DNA of 64,000 nt, from NCBI GenBank assembly GCA_029564515.1, contig JAKQPV010000087.1:106849-170848 (forward strand), read 5' to 3'. Under the pieces are notes generated by a model. It worked only from the letters and a program-made list of their open reading frames with translations. It was not told the origin of the DNA and searched no databases. Each line of letters opens with the position of its first letter. Positions within the stretch are counted from its first letter, which is position 1. Shown one piece after another: positions 59,338-64,000 of this stretch. The position numbers and the translations under genes are program-made. The stretch is from Spirochaetota bacterium. Lineage in GTDB: Bacteria; Spirochaetota; UBA4802; UBA5550.

Positions 59338-60720
59338 ATGAACCACAAAACGATACTGGCTCCCATATTTTTCCTGACCGTCTGCTCCATGGCCCTGTCC
59401 TGTTCCGATTCCGAATCCCGGATGCCGTTTGCCGATGCCGCTACGGCGGTCATCAATCTCGCGCGCGCCGAAGCGCCCGACCAGGCCCTGTCTGTCGATA
59501 CTCCGATCCGCGGGGGGGGAATGCCGGTTGGAGGGCCCCTGCTTCTGTTTGACCGCGTCAAGGTGGAGATAACCGGACCGGATATCGGAACTATCGTAAA
59601 GAACTTCCCCTTTTCCAACACCGTCTCCTTTGACGTTCCCCCGGGCCCGGTGCGCCGCTTCGAAGTGACCGTGTACACGGCGCCGTACGATCCCGACAAT
59701 TCTCCCACCTGGACCGCCGCGAACTCCTTCCGGGGCGTCACGACCGTAAACCTGCCGGCCGGCGCATCGGTCAGCATACCGGTGCTCATGTCCCTGCATG
59801 AAACGAAGATTGTTGTCCCGGACAAGCTGAATTACCGGATAGTCCAGTTCAACAGGGTCGCGGATGTAGATGCAACATGGATTACGTCCGACTCCGTGCA
59901 GTATCCGGAAGATATTGATTTTGACGCGCGCGGCAGGATATTTGTCGCGAACAATCCCGGCGGTGCGAACAATATTTACCGCATGGAGACCATAAACGAA
60001 ACGCCTCAGCCCTGCCTGATGACCGATGAATCCAACGACATAGTGTCAATCACGGTGGATCGGAAACGGAACCTCCTGTATTATGCCACCGACAATCATG
60101 ACGGCACTGCCGCGCTCACGGGCATTGACCTGACGTCCCTCCCCGCAACAGGCAGCCCGCAATCAACAGTCTCCAATATGTTTTATTCGATAACCGCTCT
60201 GGATGTCGCTGACGACGGTTCATTGTATATCGCGGGAATGGACAAATCTGACAACCAGATACTGTTCAGGTTTAATCCGGCTGACGGTATCTTTATCGGA
60301 CAGGCATTTACCAATAGTGAAAACTCATGGTTCTATCCCCTGGACGTGATGGTGCGGGGCGGGAGTGTGTACGTGCTTAACAATCCGGACGACAACAATG
60401 GCTTTGCTCTTCTCAATTTCAATTTTGGCCCGAGCGCAGTAATAGGTGATCTTGGATTCACCCTTGGAGTGCATTTCGGCTCCGTGGCCCAAGTCGCCAG
60501 GCCGCCCGAAAAAGGCCTTTTTTACGGTCCCAAAAAATTTGCCGTTCGCCGCGAGGACGGCTTCGTCATTATCGATGAGGGCGAATTCTTCTCGCCCGGC
60601 TATCTCAGCATCAACCGGCTCGTTTTCACGGATTTTGACCCACTCAGGCCCTGGTATACGTTCGGCAATACCGATTCGTTTAATCCCGATTTCCAGTTTT
60701 ATGACTATTCAATGTGCTGA
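59338..60720 (+). CDS. Paralogous surface lipoprotein 4
   Basis: The start is the ATG after an AGAGGAA RBS. Lipobox ALSCSDSESR and a C-terminal FQFYDYSMC. Confidence 0.75.
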   Translation: MNHKTILAPIFFLTVCSMALSCSDSESRMPFADAATAVINLARAEAPDQALSVDTPIRGGGMPVGGPLLLFDRVKVEITGPDIGTIVKNFPFSNTVSFDVPPGPVRRFEVTVYTAPYDPDNSPTWTAANSFRGVTTVNLPAGASVSIPVLMSLHETKIVVPDKLNYRIVQFNRVADVDATWITSDSVQYPEDIDFDARGRIFVANNPGGANNIYRMETINETPQPCLMTDESNDIVSITVDRKRNLLYYATDNHDGTAALTGIDLTSLPATGSPQSTVSNMFYSITALDVADDGSLYIAGMDKSDNQILFRFNPADGIFIGQAFTNSENSWFYPLDVMVRGGSVYVLNNPDDNNGFALLNFNFGPSAVIGDLGFTLGVHFGSVAQVARPPEKGLFYGPKKFAVRREDGFVIIDEGEFFSPGYLSINRLVFTDFDPLRPWYTFGNTDSFNPDFQFYDYSMC

Positions 60721-60740
60721 AATACTCATTTCGTAATGAT

Positions 60741-60778
60741 AAAAAAATGCCCGCTTCACACAAGCGGGCATTTTTTTC
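60741..60778. terminator. Bidirectional rho-independent terminator
   Basis: A7-tgcccgctt-cacaca-agcgggca-T7. Confidence 0.8.
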
Positions 60779-60880
60779 TTTACAACTCCCGCCGATCGCC
60801 CTTACACTACGCTTCACAAACATCGTTCCCGGCCGTCTGTGACACGCGGCAGGGGGCCTGTATCCCCGGAGGAACCACCA

Positions 60881-62362
60881 ATGACGGAAACAACCGACAC
60901 GACCCGGTCCGACGAGCCGGCAAAAAAGCAGCGGGGCGTCATCTTTATAATCGTCAACACCATTGCAATTGTTCTCCTGCCGGTCGCCATCACGGCATCG
61001 CTCCTCATCCTCACGCTCCTGTGTCCCGATTTTTACACCGGGATACTGAAGAACGGCGGGTTCATCACGTCGTTCGTTGAGGCGAAGAATATCCAGACCG
61101 ACCAGGCCATCAACGCGGAGATCGACAAAGAGCTGGACATCACCGGCGCCAACGAGGTTCTCGCGAGGACAAAGGCCCGGTTTGAGGTAGCGGAGGCCGC
61201 GTATAAAGAGCTGAACCGGGACGGCGAGTATGCGCCCCTCGAGGAGAGGCGTGCTGAGATCAAGGACATGGACTGGAAACGCGAGAAGGACAGCTTTGCG
61301 ACCAGGGACGAGTTCAAGGAGTACCGGAAACTGGAGCTCGCTAAAGTCGACCAGGCCCTGGACAGGATCGAGGAATACCGGGACGAAAACGCTGACGGGA
61401 TCAAGAAGGCGCGCAAGGAGATGATTGCCGCTAAGGAGGAGTACGAGGACGCGTTATCCGATCTCGAGGACCGGAACAAAAAAGCGGAAAAGATCATAGC
61501 CAGGCACTCGGACACCACGGTAAACCGTGTCTATAGCGACCTGGAGATCATCGAGAAGCCGCTGACAAAGATCCTGAACGAGAAGCTGTTCGACGGCCCG
61601 GTGAGGGACGAGATCGCCTTCATGCTGGATTTCATGTCGGATTACGAAACCCAGATAGACCGCAGGGTGATTTACTACGGCAGGACGGCCGAGGGCCGCA
61701 GGTCCATCATGGTCAAGGTTCCCGAGATATCGGTGAGCCTCAGGGTCGATGACGGTTCCGGGAGAAAGAGGCATGTCCTGAGCCAGCTCCTGGTCGAGGA
61801 GATCGATAAGCTCTATAACCTGAGAAGCAAGGGCCTGCTGAAAACCATTTTCAGCATGTCGGATTCAAGCCTGGGCGAATACCTCGGCGGCAAGCAGCTT
61901 TCAAAGCTCGGCCTGTCGCTCAACGGCGGCGTCATACGGCGCCCGGCCGGCGTACTCTCCGGCGATGCGGCGGAATACTTCGTGCTTGCCATGCAGGTGC
62001 TGACCTATGGCCGCTACGCTCCCTACGGGGTCGCCGGGCTTCTGCTGCTTTATCTCCTGTTTCTGGTGTTTTCCTCTGTTGAGCGGCGTCGCAGGCTCGC
62101 GGCCTTGAAGCGCTTCCTCATCTACCCGTCGTTTATAGTCCTGGTTCTCTGCGGCTCGCTCCTCGCGGCGTCGCGGTACCTGCTCGACCAGTATCCTGGA
62201 TTCATCGAGAACATCATGGCGCGGAGCTTCGCGAAGCACATGAGCTTCGTCACGGCGTGGGGGCTCACCATGCCGCTCCTGGCCCTGTTCGGCGCGCTGT
62301 TCATCGTGGGGCTGGTGCTTCGCAAGGTGCTGGCGCGGTCGGGCGCAGGGCAGAAGTCTTAA
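60881..62362 (+). CDS. Hypothetical membrane protein with long coiled-coil region
   Basis: The start is the ATG (MTETTD) after a GGAGGA RBS. Two N-terminal TM helices are followed by a K/E-rich coiled coil and C-terminal TM helices. Confidence 0.55.
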   Translation: MTETTDTTRSDEPAKKQRGVIFIIVNTIAIVLLPVAITASLLILTLLCPDFYTGILKNGGFITSFVEAKNIQTDQAINAEIDKELDITGANEVLARTKARFEVAEAAYKELNRDGEYAPLEERRAEIKDMDWKREKDSFATRDEFKEYRKLELAKVDQALDRIEEYRDENADGIKKARKEMIAAKEEYEDALSDLEDRNKKAEKIIARHSDTTVNRVYSDLEIIEKPLTKILNEKLFDGPVRDEIAFMLDFMSDYETQIDRRVIYYGRTAEGRRSIMVKVPEISVSLRVDDGSGRKRHVLSQLLVEEIDKLYNLRSKGLLKTIFSMSDSSLGEYLGGKQLSKLGLSLNGGVIRRPAGVLSGDAAEYFVLAMQVLTYGRYAPYGVAGLLLLYLLFLVFSSVERRRRLAALKRFLIYPSFIVLVLCGSLLAASRYLLDQYPGFIENIMARSFAKHMSFVTAWGLTMPLLALFGALFIVGLVLRKVLARSGAGQKS

Positions 62363-62372
62363 AGGGCTGCCG

Positions 62373-62978
62373 TTAATCCCGGCATATTTTTTCGCCAAAA
62401 TCTGTCAGGATCCGGGCCGTAAGGCCCCATATCTCGTAGTTGCTGTAATAGTAGTAAAATACCCGGTAATCATTTCCCTGGTAATTAAAGATTTCGTACC
62501 GGTCGAAGGCCTGTTCCACGAACATCGAAAGGGGGGCATCAAAGCTGCTCTCGGCCTCGTTGCTGTTCAATGCATATTCGTACGGATACTCAATTGCGCC
62601 GACGAAGCAGAACACATGGTACCCGGCGATCGAAACGTAATCATCAAACCGTCCCAGGTACTCTATCTTGTCGCGGCTGATCCCAACCTCCTCCTCTGTC
62701 TCGCGGAACGCGGCCGCCAGCCGGTCCTCGTCCCCGGCATCCACGCGGCCTCCGGGAAAGGCGACCTGCCCCCGGTGAGTCGCGAGCGTGTCAGTGCGGC
62801 GGGTGAGGAGCACGTGGACCTGGCCCTCCTTGTTCATGAAAAGCATCATGACCGACGCCTGCTTGAGACCGGTCGCGCTCAGGTCCCGGACATCGCGGTC
62901 CGCGAGCCGTTTCCTGATCTCCTCCTTGAACGCGGTGAAATCACCCTCTTGTTCCAACAACATCTTCATACAGGTCAC
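62373..62978 (-). CDS. NUDIX hydrolase (CoA pyrophosphatase-like)
   Basis: Nudix box GQVAFPGGRVDAGDEDRLAAAFRETEEEVGI. The exact start is uncertain (62963-62978). Confidence 0.8.
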   Translation of the reverse strand: MTCMKMLLEQEGDFTAFKEEIRKRLADRDVRDLSATGLKQASVMMLFMNKEGQVHVLLTRRTDTLATHRGQVAFPGGRVDAGDEDRLAAAFRETEEEVGISRDKIEYLGRFDDYVSIAGYHVFCFVGAIEYPYEYALNSNEAESSFDAPLSMFVEQAFDRYEIFNYQGNDYRVFYYYYSNYEIWGLTARILTDFGEKICRD

Positions 62979-63495
62979 TGCCGTATATATCGTTCACCAC
63001 GATCAGCGGGAAGTCTTCCACCCTGAGCCGATAGATCGCCTCGGTCCCGAGGTCCTCGAACGCGATGAGCTCCGATTCCCTCACCCGCAGGGCCAGGTAT
63101 GCGCCTGCCCCGCCGAAGGTGGCGAAATATACCGCGCGATAGCGCGCGCACAGGTCCCGGAGGCTTGCGTCCCGTTTTCCCTTGCCTATCATGCCCCGAA
63201 CTCCAAGCCCGAGCATCGCGCCGGTGAAGGGGTCCATCCGCGACGACGTGGTCGGCCCGGCTGATCCGATGACCCGCCCCGGGGGTGCCGGGCTCGGTCC
63301 CATGTAATAGATCACCTGGCCGGACAGGTCCAGCGGGAGCGCTTCTTGTCTTTCCGCCATGGCGACAAGCCGCTCGTGCGCCCGGTCGCGTGCGGTATAT
63401 ATCGTACCGGAGAGGAGCACCCGGTCGCCGGCCTTCAGCGACCCGATCACCCCGTCGCTGATCGGCGTTTCGATCTTCCTCCACCCGGCGGTCAT
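62941..63495 (-). CDS. Class I fumarate hydratase, beta subunit (Fe-S hydro-lyase, TtdB/FumB C-terminal type)
   Basis: Matches the beta-subunit family of L(+)-tartrate/fumarate dehydratase. Confidence 0.75.
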   Translation of the reverse strand: MTAGWRKIETPISDGVIGSLKAGDRVLLSGTIYTARDRAHERLVAMAERQEALPLDLSGQVIYYMGPSPAPPGRVIGSAGPTTSSRMDPFTGAMLGLGVRGMIGKGKRDASLRDLCARYRAVYFATFGGAGAYLALRVRESELIAFEDLGTEAIYRLRVEDFPLIVVNDIYGSDLYEDVVGTRG

Positions 63496-64000
63496 AGCTC
63501 GGTCCTCCGGTAGCGCAGGGAATGGCAGGTCATGTTCAGGGCAACCGGCAGCGTTGCGATATGGGTCGGCGCCTCGAGGATAAAGACCCCGGCAGCCGTG
63601 TACCTGCCGCCGAACCCGAGCGGCCCGATACCGGTCCGGTTGACCCGCTCCATGATCCGATCCTCGAGCGCGGCATAGAACGGGTCCGGGTGCCGCGAGC
63701 CCGGCCCCCGCAACACGGCCTTTTTCGCGTTCAGGAGGGCCGTGTCCGCAGTGCCTCCGATTCCCACTCCGAGAAAGAGCGGGGGGCAGGGGTTCGGGCC
63801 GGCCTCAACCACGGCCTTTTCAATATGGTCAAGAATCATCTCCTCCGTGGCGGTCGGCCGGAACATTTTTAGCGATGACATGTTTTCGGAACCGCCGCCT
63901 TTCAGGAACACGGTAAGCCCGAGTCGCCCCTCGCCGGCATGCTCTACATGGATGAACGCGGGCGTATTCGTACCGGTGTTGTTACGGCGGAGCGGGTCTC
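63492..64000 (-). CDS. Class I fumarate hydratase, alpha subunit (partial; N-terminus beyond window edge)
   Basis: The GGGSEN...GVGIGGT motif is typical of the FumA/TtdA N-terminal catalytic domain. The reading frame stays open to the window edge upstream of the listed M. Confidence 0.7.
   Translation of the reverse strand, partial: DPLRRNNTGTNTPAFIHVEHAGEGRLGLTVFLKGGGSENMSSLKMFRPTATEEMILDHIEKAVVEAGPNPCPPLFLGVGIGGTADTALLNAKKAVLRGPGSRHPDPFYAALEDRIMERVNRTGIGPLGFGGRYTAAGVFILEAPTHIATLPVALNMTCHSLRYRRTEL

Noticed and set aside
59224-59825. Two minus-strand ORFs (191 and 167 aa)
   Set aside because: They are antisense to lipoprotein gene 4 and its leader.

Overview
This is a GC-rich bacterial chromosomal segment, read by eye at roughly 55-60% GC with strong G/C bias at third codon positions. 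I found about 60 protein-coding genes, no rRNA, no CRISPR array and no intact tRNA.

Content from left to right:
- 1-1050: the end of a probable integrated element. It carries a HigA-family antitoxin gene and a roughly 540-bp low-GC stretch, and it ends at a tRNA 3'-end fragment followed by a bidirectional terminator.
- 1071-11213: housekeeping genes, including a cation/proton antiporter, a B12-binding radical SAM protein, an RlmD/RumA-type RNA methyltransferase, an M28 peptidase, a SPOR protein and a DUF115/MptE-like protein.
- 11450-14215: a FeoA-FeoB fusion followed by a 58-aa FeoB-associated Cys-rich membrane protein that the ORF track does not list.
- 14236-20690: a complete trpEGDCFBA operon. 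It has a promoter, a 21-codon leader peptide containing three consecutive Trp codons, and a classic attenuator terminator.
- 21022-52191: further genes, including pyrBC, tatD, nadB, a GNAT protein, an aminotransferase, radC, a TPR protein, a secreted phospholipase D, tsaD and ctpA. This stretch ends with a CHASE2 adenylate cyclase in an operon with an outer-membrane beta-barrel and a FecR-like protein.
- 52716-60720: the most unusual feature. Four paralogous lipoprotein genes lie in tandem. Each has a lipobox of the form SC(A/S)D(S/D)ESR, a conserved roughly 130-aa N-terminal domain, divergent NHL/beta-propeller-like repeats and a shared C-terminal F-x-F-Y motif. The first two are each translationally coupled to a paralogous MurG/PseG-like GT-B-fold gene. 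AT-rich intergenic regions separate the genes, and the two lipoprotein/GT pairs share a conserved 5' leader.
- 60881-64000: a coiled-coil membrane protein, a NUDIX hydrolase and a split class I fumarate hydratase whose alpha subunit runs off the window edge.

Two caveats apply. First, many long ORFs antisense to real genes are GC-frame artefacts and are not called. Second, coordinates for features I located myself by hand counting may be off by 1-2 nt; this applies to the small ORFs, promoters, terminators and palindromes.
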